Both the position numbers and the translations under genes were made by a program. 64,000 nucleotides of DNA from the NCBI GenBank assembly GCA_965243025.1, contig CBDETY010000003.1, forward strand, positions 480,001-544,000. The letters are read 5' to 3'. Below the pieces are notes generated by a model. That model ran no database searches and was not told the DNA's origin. It worked only from the letters and a program-made list of their open reading frames with translations. The stretch comes from Candidatus Latescibacterota bacterium. GTDB lineage: Bacteria > Latescibacterota > UBA2968 > UBA8231. Of this stretch, positions 1 to 9,812 are shown piece after piece (the stretch's first letter is position 1; the number at the start of each line of letters is the position of its first letter).

Positions 1-2637
1 AGACGTTCCATACTGACAGCGACGGCTGCCCTGCTGCTGGCCGCCCCCGCCCTCGAAGCCCAGGAGTTCGGGGCCCGCCTGGGCACGGTGACCCGCGGCG
101 GCCGCGTGACCTTCGAGCCGGCCGGCCCGGGGATTCTCACCGACGCCCTCGATCCGGCGGTGCACAAGTGGTACGTGCCGCAGGAGCTCTACGTCGAGTA
201 CCAGTGGCGCCAGCGGGAGTACTCCAACTACTCGCGGCGCCAGTACCAGCGCTACGTCAGCACCGCCCTCGAGGGGGAGTACTTCTACGACGTGTACGGC
301 AACTACCTGACGCGGGGCTGGCTGATCTACGACTGGCGGCAGCGCAACCCGCAGCCGTTCGGCAGCACCCTCGAGAAGAGCTTCCTGTTCAGCGCCTGGT
401 TCAACAACCTCGTCGTCGCCGCCGACCACAAGGGGCAGTACAACTACGCGATCACCCTCGGCAGCCAGATCCGCACCACCCTGACGCCGATGACCTTCTC
501 CAAGCCGCTGTTCAACGGCGTCCAGTGGGACTTCGCCTCCGACAAGTACGAGGCCACGGTGCTGATGTCGCGGGTCAGCGCCCCCAACTCGTCGGGGTTC
601 GCCGGGGAGGCGCGGACCAACAACACCAACCTCCTGGGCGGCAGGGTGGTCGCCCAGGTCGGCGACTTCGCCCGCATCGGCGGCACCTACGTCAACTCCC
701 ACCACTCGCAGTCGCAGCTCGAGGCCGTCAACGGCGACATCTTCCAGGGGCAGCTGACCGAGGCGATGAACTTCGCCCCGGTGACGGAGATCGCCGTGCT
801 GATCAAGGACGACTCCCCCGAGGACAGCGAGGGGGGCGGCGCCTTCTTCTCCAGCGACATCCTCATCCGGGACGTCGAGGGGAACGAGGTGCGCGGCAGC
901 GAGATCGGGTTCCGCCCCTTCGTCGACGGGGGGTTCGAGCGCCGCGGCTACCTCTCCGCCGACGGCACCGAGGAGATCCAGCTGCGCTACGACTTCACCG
1001 ACGTCAGCTACATCGGTCCGAGCGCCACCGACATCGAGCGCGTCCAGGTCGAGCTGGTGGTCGCCAACGACTACCTGATCGAGATCTCCTCCGACCGCCA
1101 GTACAACGACCGGGAGCAGCGGGTCTTCCTGCCGGCGGCGCAGGCGGCGGGCAACGTCAAGGACGGCTCGAACCAGCGCGTCATCGCCATCGACTACGGG
1201 CTGCCGACCGCCAACCAGATCGCCGGGTTCACCATCGAGGTCGCCGACCTGCACGGGTTCAAGGGGTACGCCGAGGTCGACGTCAACCACCAGTTCCGCC
1301 AGTTCCCCAACCCGGGGCTGAGGACCCACCACTCGGCGAGCACCCAGGCGCTGGCCTGGATGGTCAACGTGTCGAAGACGGCCCTGCCCTGGTTCGCTTT
1401 CGTCGAGCTGTTCAGCGTCTCGCCGCGCTACTCGACCTCGTTCGTCACCTCCGACGAAAGAGGGGTGCTCGACTTCGGAAACGACTTCGAGCTCTACGAG
1501 ATGGTCGAGGACAACGACGACCAGGACCGGCGGCCCGACTGGCGGCGCAAGGGCTGGGGGGCCGGCGACGAGGAGGTGTTCCCCGGCTGGGACGAGAACA
1601 ACGACTTCATCTCCGACTTCAACCAGAACGACAACGAGGACCGCCCCAACCTGATCCCCGACTACGAGGAGCCGTTCCTGCGTTTCCACGCCGACCGCCC
1701 GGAGTTCCTCTACGGCGTCGACATGAACCACAACGCGGTGATCGACCGCTTCGAGAACGACGAGGAGCCCGACTACCCCTACAAGCGGAACCGGCAGGGA
1801 TTCAACCTGTTCGGCGGCGCCAACCTCGGCCCGGACTCCCGGCTGATGGCGGGGCGCATGCAGATGGACCAGCTGACCGACGACCGCGTCACCGAGGCCT
1901 CGTACGTCACCCTGGCCGGCGAACGCGACCACCCGCTCTGGGGCCGCCTCCTGGTGTTCCAGGACCTGCGCCGGGTCAGGGACACGATAACCGACGATCT
2001 CCTGCAGTGGCGGCAGCCGGCGGGCACGCGCGGGGCGCTGCAGCTGGTCGAGGACCGGCTGCCGGCGAGGAACACCTGGATCAACACCACCTGGCTGGGG
2101 CTGAACCACGGTGTTCCGGGGGGAATCCGCCTGAACCACAAGCTCAAGTGGCAGTGGTACCACCAGCTCGACGACGACCTCGAGCTGCGCCTCAACGGGA
2201 CGCGGCGGGACGGCTCCTTCCTCGGCCTGATCAACAAGGCGGAGTACGCCCTCGAGCTCGGCAACTGGACCCTGGTGCCGCGCTGGAAGAGCGAGTTCCG
2301 GCGCCAGGTGCCGGTGTTCTCCGACGAGTTCAAGCGCCGCGAGCTGACCGAGCTGTTCATGGCGATGCTGCGCTTCCCGGTGATGGACAAGAGCTTCGTC
2401 GAGCTGGGCCTCGAGTACGAGATCTTCAGGCAGCTGCGGGATCCGCCACCCCCCGACAGCGAGGACAGCTCGACCGGGCTGACGACGGCGGTGCAGCTGC
2501 GCAACGCCTCCGCCTACATGGGGTACGACCTGATGACGACCTTCGGCTTCGAGCTGGTGCGCACCGACCCGAAGGGACTGAGGCCGGAGGTGACGACCCG
2601 GAGCTTCATCACCATCTACGCCGGGGTTCAGCTGTGA
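1..2637 (+). CDS. Large secreted/outer-membrane hypothetical protein, 5'-partial
   Basis: Frame 1 is open from base 1 (RRSILTATAALLLAAPALEA|QEF, a signal peptide), so the true start lies just upstream of the window. Asp/Asn-rich Ca-binding-like repeats (DENNDFISDFNQND, DMNHNAVIDRFEND). Amphipathic beta-strand-like C-terminus (FITIYAGVQL). Confidence 0.75.
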   Translation, partial: RRSILTATAALLLAAPALEAQEFGARLGTVTRGGRVTFEPAGPGILTDALDPAVHKWYVPQELYVEYQWRQREYSNYSRRQYQRYVSTALEGEYFYDVYGNYLTRGWLIYDWRQRNPQPFGSTLEKSFLFSAWFNNLVVAADHKGQYNYAITLGSQIRTTLTPMTFSKPLFNGVQWDFASDKYEATVLMSRVSAPNSSGFAGEARTNNTNLLGGRVVAQVGDFARIGGTYVNSHHSQSQLEAVNGDIFQGQLTEAMNFAPVTEIAVLIKDDSPEDSEGGGAFFSSDILIRDVEGNEVRGSEIGFRPFVDGGFERRGYLSADGTEEIQLRYDFTDVSYIGPSATDIERVQVELVVANDYLIEISSDRQYNDREQRVFLPAAQAAGNVKDGSNQRVIAIDYGLPTANQIAGFTIEVADLHGFKGYAEVDVNHQFRQFPNPGLRTHHSASTQALAWMVNVSKTALPWFAFVELFSVSPRYSTSFVTSDERGVLDFGNDFELYEMVEDNDDQDRRPDWRRKGWGAGDEEVFPGWDENNDFISDFNQNDNEDRPNLIPDYEEPFLRFHADRPEFLYGVDMNHNAVIDRFENDEEPDYPYKRNRQGFNLFGGANLGPDSRLMAGRMQMDQLTDDRVTEASYVTLAGERDHPLWGRLLVFQDLRRVRDTITDDLLQWRQPAGTRGALQLVEDRLPARNTWINTTWLGLNHGVPGGIRLNHKLKWQWYHQLDDDLELRLNGTRRDGSFLGLINKAEYALELGNWTLVPRWKSEFRRQVPVFSDEFKRRELTELFMAMLRFPVMDKSFVELGLEYEIFRQLRDPPPPDSEDSSTGLTTAVQLRNASAYMGYDLMTTFGFELVRTDPKGLRPEVTTRSFITIYAGVQL

Positions 2638-4295
2638 GACGGGCGGCGCCGGCGCTGTTTCTGCTGATCGCCTGCGGCGGGCCGGCCGACGAGCCCCTCG
2701 TGCAGGTGCTGGACGTCGCCATCGGAGAGAGGGAGCTGGAGGAGTATGTCTCGAGGCTGCCCGAGGGGCTGAGGCCGGATGCCCCCGGCGGGGAAGCGCG
2801 GGAGGAGGCGGTCCGCGGCCTGCTCCAGAGCCTCGTCGACCGCGAGCTGATGATGGCCGAGGCGCTGGCCCTCGGGTACGGGGAAGAACCCGGGATCAAA
2901 GGGCGCCTCCGCACAATCTACGTGAGGCGGCTCAGGGAGCAGGTCCAGGCCGTGGCCCTGGGGGACTCGGTCTCCGTCGGGGAAGAGGAGATCGAGGAGG
3001 CGTACCTGCGGGAGGGCTGGGACCGGAAGCTGCGCATCGCCCACATCTCCTGCGCTACCGAGGCCGAGGCGCAGGAGGTGGCGCGCGCCCTGGGTGAGGG
3101 GGCGGACTTCGCGGAGTTGGCGGAGCAGCGGTCCGCCGCCCCGGACGCCGGACGGGGCGGGGACCTGGGGCGCTACCTCGGGCCCGGTGAGCTGCCCGGG
3201 GAGCTCTGGAACGCGGTCCGCGGACTGGCTCCGGGGGAGGTCGCCGGCCCCCTGGCCGCCGCAAGGGGCTTCGAGCTTCTGACCGTCCTCGACACGGCCC
3301 CGGTTTCTGTCGAGGAGGCGGGCCCGGCGGTGGGCGCGGCCCTGAAGCGCCGCAAGGAGGCGGCGCGCCGCCAGGCCTGGCTCGAGGAGCTGGAACGGAG
3401 GTTCGGCGTCGCCTACCACCCCGAAGCGGTGGTCGCCATGGCGCGGGCGGCCCGCCGGGATTCCGGGGCCGGGCTCGACCCGGACGCCCCGGCCCTGACC
3501 TGGGCCGGCGGCAGGGAGCTCTCGGCGCGGGAAGCGGGCCGGATCCTGGCCGGGAAGCGCATGAAACCGCCGGCCCTCGCAGACAGCGCCTCGGTCGCCT
3601 GGGCTCTCCGCCATTGGGTGATCGCCGACACCGTGGCGGTGCTGGAAGCGGAGCGCCGCGGCCTTCACGAAACCGGGGAGTTCACCGCGGCGGTGGAGCT
3701 GGAGCTGAAGCGCCTGCTCGTCAACCAGGTGCGGCGCCGGGAGGTTCTCGACAAGGTCGGCGCTCCCGGGGAGGAGGAGCTGCGGGAACGGTACGAGGAA
3801 ATCAAGGGAGAGTTCGCGCTGCCGGCGTCGGTGGAGGTGATCGAGATCCTCGTCGAGTCAGCGCACGCCGCCGGCTCGCTGCGGCAGCGGATCGAAGCCG
3901 GCGCCGACATGGAGAAGCTGGCCCGGGACCACAGCGTCCGTCAGGGGGCCGCAGACGCCGGCGGGCATTTCCACCTGAACGAAGGGGAGCGGGAGAAATG
4001 GGGGCGGCTCCTGGACATCGTCTTTGAAGCGGAAGAAGGAGCGCTGCTGGGGCCGCTGGAGGTCGAGGGCGGGTTCACGGTCGTGCGCGTCGGAAGGCAG
4101 CTGCCCGCGAGGCCGCGGTCGTTCGAGGAGTTGACCCCGATCCTTCGGCGCCAGGTCAGGCAGGCGAGGAACAGCGAGGCGTTCCAGAAGTATATCGAGG
4201 GGCTTCGGGACCGCTACGGAAACAGCGTCGAATGGCGCGACGAACGTATCGGACAGGTGGAGTTGAACTGGCGGAATTCAAGGGAGGAACAATAA
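2634..4295 (+). CDS. PpiC/parvulin-type peptidyl-prolyl isomerase lipoprotein (two rotamase domains, PrsA/SurA-like)
   Basis: GTG start overlaps the upstream TGA. Lipobox LIAC. Motifs HISC..GADFAELAEQRS..GGDLG and EILV..GADMEKLARDHS..GG. Confidence 0.85.
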   Translation: MRRAAPALFLLIACGGPADEPLVQVLDVAIGERELEEYVSRLPEGLRPDAPGGEAREEAVRGLLQSLVDRELMMAEALALGYGEEPGIKGRLRTIYVRRLREQVQAVALGDSVSVGEEEIEEAYLREGWDRKLRIAHISCATEAEAQEVARALGEGADFAELAEQRSAAPDAGRGGDLGRYLGPGELPGELWNAVRGLAPGEVAGPLAAARGFELLTVLDTAPVSVEEAGPAVGAALKRRKEAARRQAWLEELERRFGVAYHPEAVVAMARAARRDSGAGLDPDAPALTWAGGRELSAREAGRILAGKRMKPPALADSASVAWALRHWVIADTVAVLEAERRGLHETGEFTAAVELELKRLLVNQVRRREVLDKVGAPGEEELRERYEEIKGEFALPASVEVIEILVESAHAAGSLRQRIEAGADMEKLARDHSVRQGAADAGGHFHLNEGEREKWGRLLDIVFEAEEGALLGPLEVEGGFTVVRVGRQLPARPRSFEELTPILRRQVRQARNSEAFQKYIEGLRDRYGNSVEWRDERIGQVELNWRNSREEQ

Positions 4296-4387
4296 AGAAC
4301 CCTTGTTCCGCCAGCGCTTCGGCTGCGGGAAGACCCGCCGGCGAGGGGGAGGAAGACCGACGGTCCGCATGATTCCGCAGGAACGAA

Positions 4388-4432
4388 AAAGTGAAGCCGG
4401 GCAAGGCGTTATGCCTCCCCCGGCTTCACTTT
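4388..4432. terminator. Likely bidirectional intrinsic terminator
   Basis: 14-bp inverted repeat AAAGTGAAGCCGGG / CCCGGCTTCACTTT between convergent genes. Confidence 0.6.
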
Positions 4433-4633
4433 CGAAGGACCGTGCCGTTGCGGTTCCACTATATGAGTGACCGGCGAAACGGCGTCACTGTTTCAAACAG
4501 CCTGCAGGATTGAACCCGTAGCGAAAACCGGGAAGCTCCTGACAGGAACTACAAGAACAACACGACGAAGAAACAGTCAGAAACACCCGAGTAGTCAGCC
4601 GCGGGGCGTTTCCGTCTGTTGGGCGCTACCCTT

Positions 4634-5062
4634 TCAGCTCAATCCCGCGAGCGTCAGCTCGGCGTCCTTCCGTCCCATGCCGCGCAGCTCGGCGATCGCT
4701 TCCCTGTTGGCGGCGCGCGGTTTCGACTTGCCCTGCTCCCAGTTGAGGATGGTAATGGCACTGACTCCGAGGAGCTTGCCCATCTGGGCCTGGGAAAGGC
4801 GCAACCGCTTGCGATGCTTCTTGATCGATGCCGGGGTAATCCTGATCGCGGTCTGAGTCGGGGCGGCGGCCTTGGCGTTGCCGGAGGGCTTCCCTGTGGA
4901 CTTGGCCGCGGTCCCCTGCGCCCCGGCAATCTGCGACCTGAGCGCAGTCACTTCCCGTTCCAGACTGCGGATTTGATCGTTGAGCGGGTTTAAGGCGCTT
5001 CGCAGTTCTCGGCCGGCCACTCGCGACATTTCTTCTCTGAGTGCTTTACCTAGGTCAGGCAT
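4634..5062 (-). CDS. XRE-family HTH regulator with N-terminal coiled coil
   Basis: IKKHRKRLRLSQAQMGKLLGVSAITILNWEQGKSKP. AAGGAG RBS upstream. Confidence 0.85.
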   Translation of the reverse strand: MPDLGKALREEMSRVAGRELRSALNPLNDQIRSLEREVTALRSQIAGAQGTAAKSTGKPSGNAKAAAPTQTAIRITPASIKKHRKRLRLSQAQMGKLLGVSAITILNWEQGKSKPRAANREAIAELRGMGRKDAELTLAGLS

Positions 5063-5401
5063 GTAGCTCCTTCCTTATAACAAAGAGTTTGCAGTTGGTT
5101 TAATGGCGAATTTGACAAACATATAAGCGCAGGCAAATCCGGCATACTAGGGCGGCTGATTTCCAAAATATAAGAAGGAACCGCGAATTCGGCACCCATG
5201 CCCGCGACGGGGTTTTTTTCCCCTGGAATTCCCGGGGACGGGGCCGGGCCAGGAGGGGGCTTGCCGGAAAGTACCCCCGCGTCCGGATCGGGGCGGTCCG
5301 GGGCGCTGGCGTCCCGTCGCAGAGACGGATTGACGAAATCGGCAGGCCGAACCGGGATGGACCGGCGTCCCGATGCCCGCTTTTTCCGCGACCGGAGGCT
5401 G

Positions 5402-6724
5402 TTACTGCATGGAGGCGACGGCGCTCTCGATGCGGTCGAGGGCTTCGTCGATGTCGGCGAGGGAGTGCGAGGCCGAAACGCCGTGATGGCCGGCCACGAG
5501 GTCGCCGTAGTCGTGGAAGTAGACGCCGCTGTCGGCGCAGGCGCGGATGAAGCGCGTGCCCGTCTCGCGGTCGCGTTTCAAGGTGTCGTCGAAGTGTTCC
5601 ACCGGATCGGTGAACCCGAAGAAGATCCCGAAGCGGGCGCCCAGCCCCTGGACCCGGGCGGGCACGCCGGCCCTGTCGAAGATCTCCGCCATCCCGGCGT
5701 ACAACCGCTGCGAAGCCATTTCGATGTGGTCGTAGAAGCCGAAGCTGGTGATCTCGTTCACCGAGGCGAGGGCGCAGTTGATCGCCGGCGGATTGCCGGT
5801 GAAGGTGCCGCTCTGGCAGACCTCCCCCTGCGGATTCACCTGGTTCATGATCCCGGCTTTCCCCGCGATTACGACCACGGCGCCGCCGTTGGCGACCGCC
5901 TTGCCGAGCACGCAGAGGTCGGGGGTGACCCCGTAATGCCCCTGGGCGCAGCCCGGCCCGGTGCGGAAGGCCGACAGGGTTTCGTCGTAGATGAGGGCGA
6001 TGCCGTTGGCGGTGGCCTGCTCGCGGACGAACCGCATGTACCCGGCGTCGGCGGTGATGCAGCCCTGGTTGTAGTTGATCGGCTCCATGATGATGCCGCC
6101 GATCTCGTCTCCGTGCTGATCGATGGCGCGCTCGAGGGCGGCCTCGTCCTTCCACGGGACGACGACGACGAGGTCGTCGAGCATCTCCGGCATGCCGGCC
6201 GATTCCCGCTGCGGCGGTATGATGCTTCCCGGCTCGACCGGGGTGAGGGGCGAGTGGGAGTTGTACATCACGTAGTCGTAGAGCCCGTGGAAATGCCCCC
6301 AGAACTTGAGGATCTTCGGTTTGCCGGTGTGGGCGCGGGCGAGGCGCACGCAGATCATCGTCCCTTCCGAGCCGGTGTTGCCGTAGCGCACCGCCTCGGC
6401 GCAGGGGATGATTTCGGTGATGCGGCGGGCGAGCTCGACGTGGGCCTCGGTTTCGTACCCGCACAGGATGCCGGCCTCGAGGACCGACTCCATCGCCTGC
6501 TTCGTCGCCGGGTGGTTGTACCCGAGGAAGGCGGCGCCGTGGGCGAGGTTGAAGTCGATGTACTCGTTGCCGTCGACGTCGCGGATGCGGCAGCCTTCGG
6601 CGGACTCGATGTGCAGGGCGTAGCCGAGGCAGGAGTTGATGCGGCCGGCGGCGCCGACGCCGCCCGGCATGTAGCGGGCGGCTTCCCGGCGGAGGTCAAG
6701 GCTCTTCAGGGCTTCGACGGTCAT
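5402..6724 (-). CDS. Class III PLP aminotransferase (glutamate-1-semialdehyde aminomutase-like)
   Basis: DVDGNEYIDF, NTGSE, GHFHG, LIYDETLSAFR, PDLCVLGK, QSGTFTGNP. Start set at MTVEALK. Confidence 0.85.
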   Translation of the reverse strand: MTVEALKSLDLRREAARYMPGGVGAAGRINSCLGYALHIESAEGCRIRDVDGNEYIDFNLAHGAAFLGYNHPATKQAMESVLEAGILCGYETEAHVELARRITEIIPCAEAVRYGNTGSEGTMICVRLARAHTGKPKILKFWGHFHGLYDYVMYNSHSPLTPVEPGSIIPPQRESAGMPEMLDDLVVVVPWKDEAALERAIDQHGDEIGGIIMEPINYNQGCITADAGYMRFVREQATANGIALIYDETLSAFRTGPGCAQGHYGVTPDLCVLGKAVANGGAVVVIAGKAGIMNQVNPQGEVCQSGTFTGNPPAINCALASVNEITSFGFYDHIEMASQRLYAGMAEIFDRAGVPARVQGLGARFGIFFGFTDPVEHFDDTLKRDRETGTRFIRACADSGVYFHDYGDLVAGHHGVSASHSLADIDEALDRIESAVASMQ

Positions 6725-6756
6725 GGCGGTTTTCCCGGGTTTTTCGTGCGGTTGGG

Positions 6757-7785
6757 TCAGGAGGGCAGCGGCGCGGCCGGGTCGACGAGGCCCTGCTCCT
6801 TCAGCTCGGACCAGAACCCGGCGGGGATCTCCTCCTCGAGCAGGCCGGCGTTGGCCTCGAGCTCGGCGCGGGTGCGGCCGCCGGGGATGACGCAGGCGAC
6901 GGCCGGGTGCGCCAGCGGGAACTGCAGGGCCGCGGCGGGCAGGCGCACCCCGTGGCGCCCGCAGACCGCCTCGATGGCCGCGACGCGGTCGAGGATGCGG
7001 GGCGGGGCGGGAGCGTAGTTGTAGTACGCCCCCTCGACGGCCCCGGTGGCGAGAATCCCCGAGTTGTAGGGGCCGCCGATGACGACGCGCACCCCCTTCT
7101 CCTCGCAGAGCGGCAGCAGACTCTCCAGCGAGGTCTGCTCGAGCAGGGTGTAGCGCCCGGCGAGCAGGAAGCAGTCGAAGTCCCCGGCGCGCGCGAAGTC
7201 GGCCAGGACCTGCCACTGGTTCATGCCGGCCCCGACGGCCCTGATCACCCCCTGCGAGCGCAGCTCGTCGAGCACCGGGTAGGTCTCCTCCATCGCCTCC
7301 CTGAAGTGGCTGACGCCGTACGGATCGAAGTCCGGCTGCAGGCTGATCCCCTCGTCCGGGTCGTGGATGTAGACGATGTCGATGCGGTCGGTGCGGAGGC
7401 GCCCGAGGCTCTCGTCGAGGGAGCGCCTGACGGCGTCGGCGGAGAAGTCGAACTCCGATTTCAGCGGCGGGTGGTCGACGAAGAAGCCGTCCTCCGGATC
7501 GCCGCTTTCCCGCGGCACCAGGGAGTAGCCGACCTTGGTCGAGAGGACGATCCCGTCCCGGCGGGGGGCGAGGTGGGAGCCGAAGCGGCTCTCGCTGAGC
7601 CCGAAGCCGTAGAGGGGGGCGGTGTCGAAATAGCGGACGCCGGCCCCGTACGCGGCCGCGAGGCAGTCGGCCACGTCCTCCTCGGGGATCGCCTCGAAGA
7701 GGTTGCCCAGGGGGGCCCCGCCGAACCCCATGCGGGTCACTTCCAGGCCGAGCTTGCCGACCGATTGCCTCTCGTTGACTTTCAT
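6757..7785 (-). CDS. Aldo/keto reductase (D-threo-aldose 1-dehydrogenase-like)
   Basis: GFGGAPLGN, FDTAPLYG, STKVG, YIHDPD, LLAGRYTLL, GGPYNSG. Confidence 0.9.
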   Translation of the reverse strand: MKVNERQSVGKLGLEVTRMGFGGAPLGNLFEAIPEEDVADCLAAAYGAGVRYFDTAPLYGFGLSESRFGSHLAPRRDGIVLSTKVGYSLVPRESGDPEDGFFVDHPPLKSEFDFSADAVRRSLDESLGRLRTDRIDIVYIHDPDEGISLQPDFDPYGVSHFREAMEETYPVLDELRSQGVIRAVGAGMNQWQVLADFARAGDFDCFLLAGRYTLLEQTSLESLLPLCEEKGVRVVIGGPYNSGILATGAVEGAYYNYAPAPPRILDRVAAIEAVCGRHGVRLPAAALQFPLAHPAVACVIPGGRTRAELEANAGLLEEEIPAGFWSELKEQGLVDPAAPLPS

Positions 7786-8115
7786 GCCTTCACTCCCGTA
7801 GCGGAATGGCGTCGGGCCCGTTGGGGAAGCGGAAAATGCCTTCAACCGGCCGGTTGCGCGTCGAACATAGGGTGACCGCCGGCCGCGTCAATGAAGCGGG
7901 AGCAGGCGGAAGGGCCCCGAGGTTCGCATAGCGGCGACCCTGAGCAGCCCGTGGAAAAACCCGTCCGGGCCGGGGGCAGCCCTGGCCCTCGCCCGCAGAG
8001 CGACTTTGTCGCCGGGCTGTCGTGAACGGTCCGTGGCGGCCCCGCAGCCGCCGGTCTCCTCTCCGGAAAACCCTGCCGGCCCGGCACCCCTCCCATCAAT
8101 AAAGAGAGATCCTCC

Positions 8116-9168
8116 ATGCACGTAATCGCCGCCGACAAGCTGCACCAGCTGGTATTCGATATCTGCATCGCCGCCGGGGCGGACGAGCGCAACGCCGCCT
8201 GCCTGGCCGACCACCAGGTGCTGTCCAACCTGCGCGGCGTCGACACCCACGGCATCTGGCACCTGCCGCTCTACGTCGACCAGATCCTCGCCGAACAGCT
8301 GCTGCCGACCAACTGGCCGCAGGTCCTCCGGGAGACCGGGGTCTCCGCCCTCGTCGACGGCTGCTGGACCTTCGGGCAGACCACCGCCATGGTCGCCACC
8401 GATATCGCCGTGGAAAAGGCGCTCGACCGGGGAATGGCAACGGTCGGCACGGTGCGCTGCAATCACATCGGGCGGGTCGGCCACTTCGTCGAGATGGCCG
8501 CGGCCAAGGGGTGCGTCGGGATCGTCGCGGCCGGGGGGTTTTCCGAAATCCTGCCGGTGGCCGCCCCCTTCGGCGGGCGGGAGCGGGTGCTGAGCACCAA
8601 CCCGGTCGCCATGGGCTTCCCCGTCGAGGAAGGAGCCGATCCGGTGATGTTCGACTTCGCGACCACGGCGATTTCCGGGGTCAAGGTCCTTAACGCGAGC
8701 CGCCGCGGGGAGCAGCTGCCCCCCGGGTGCGTCGTCGACCGGGAGGGCAGGCCGACCACCGATCCGGGCGCCTTCGAGGAAGGGGGCGCCCAGCTGCCGT
8801 TCGCCGGACACAAGGGGTACGCCCTGAACGTCGCCGTCGAGTACCTCGGCCGCATACTCACCGGCAGCGACACGTACGCCGAGGACCACCGCGGCACCGA
8901 CGTCGTGCGCCATCACGGTGCCACCATCCTCGCGGTCAGGGCGGACCTGTTCCGGCCGCTGGAGGAGTTCCGGGCGAGCGCCGCGGAGATGGCGGGGCGG
9001 CTGCGCAAGGTCGCTCCGGCCCCGGGGCACGAGGAAGTGCTGGCTCCCGGCGACCCGGAGGCGCGGGCGCAGGCGGAGCGGGAGCGGAACGGCATACCGG
9101 TGGCCGACGACATCTGGGAGAGCTTCGTGGCCACCGCGAAAAAGGTGGGGGTGGCAGTCGAGGAATAG
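8116..9168 (+). CDS. Ldh_2 family (type 2 malate/L-lactate) oxidoreductase
   Basis: GVDTHG, NHIG, STNPVA, FDFATT, GHKGYAL, PGDPE. Confidence 0.9.
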   Translation: MHVIAADKLHQLVFDICIAAGADERNAACLADHQVLSNLRGVDTHGIWHLPLYVDQILAEQLLPTNWPQVLRETGVSALVDGCWTFGQTTAMVATDIAVEKALDRGMATVGTVRCNHIGRVGHFVEMAAAKGCVGIVAAGGFSEILPVAAPFGGRERVLSTNPVAMGFPVEEGADPVMFDFATTAISGVKVLNASRRGEQLPPGCVVDREGRPTTDPGAFEEGGAQLPFAGHKGYALNVAVEYLGRILTGSDTYAEDHRGTDVVRHHGATILAVRADLFRPLEEFRASAAEMAGRLRKVAPAPGHEEVLAPGDPEARAQAERERNGIPVADDIWESFVATAKKVGVAVEE

Positions 9169-9316
9169 CGGGGATTCAGCGGCGGCCGGTTCACGCGAAA
9201 TGCCGGGAAGCACCAAAGTCCGGCGGCGGTGGGGAACCGCCCCTTTCCGGTTACAGGGGCGGCCACTCAGGACAGCCCGGCCGGATTCAACAAGGGACCT
9301 TGCCCGGCAGCGGTTG

Positions 9317-9712
9317 CTAAACCCTCCACTCCCCTTCGTCGCTGGTTATGTCGAGGACATTGCCGTCGGGGTCAAAAGCCTTGAAGGCGACCGATGGCGG
9401 TTCGTCGGCGCTGATCGCCAGGCGCCCTTTCACCGTTCTGGGGGCATCCGCCCCCCAGGCGCGCACCCGGCGCCAGGTCTCCTGCAGGTCGTCGACGACG
9501 AAACCGAAGTGGACGTACTCCTCCCCCTCGACCACGGGGGGCCGCTCTCCGTCGTGGGGCAGCAGAGTCAGGTTGAGGTAGCCGTCGCTCATGTCGAGGG
9601 CGCGGCCGTTGCCCCGGCAGCCGACGAAGCGCATGCCGAGCACTTCGGCGTAGAAGCGCCGCGTGATCTCGGCGTCGCGGCAGCGCAGGGCGATGTGGCG
9701 CACCGAGGGCAT
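9317..9712 (-). CDS. VOC/glyoxalase family protein
   Basis: RHIALRCRD..FYAEVLGM, HFGFVVDD, DPDGNVLDI. Confidence 0.85.
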   Translation of the reverse strand: MPSVRHIALRCRDAEITRRFYAEVLGMRFVGCRGNGRALDMSDGYLNLTLLPHDGERPPVVEGEEYVHFGFVVDDLQETWRRVRAWGADAPRTVKGRLAISADEPPSVAFKAFDPDGNVLDITSDEGEWRV

Positions 9713-9812
9713 CGGTTTCTCCCGGTCGAAAATCGGATTTCTTATGGAATTGACGCGCGGATCGAAGCGGTGCTCAATATAGCCACGCGAACCTCCTTCC
9801 ACAGGACGAGAC

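Noticed and set aside
168-2633. N-terminal ~820 aa of the 1375-aa ORF and other long antisense/alternate-frame ORFs (e.g. 20162-23569, 8918-11002, 43646-45859)
   Set aside because: Arg/Pro/Gly-rich shadow ORFs expected in high-GC DNA, overlapping genes with clear family motifs.
4433-4633. Possible sRNA or small ORF in the intergenic region
   Set aside because: No recognisable RNA family, RBS or convincing coding signal.
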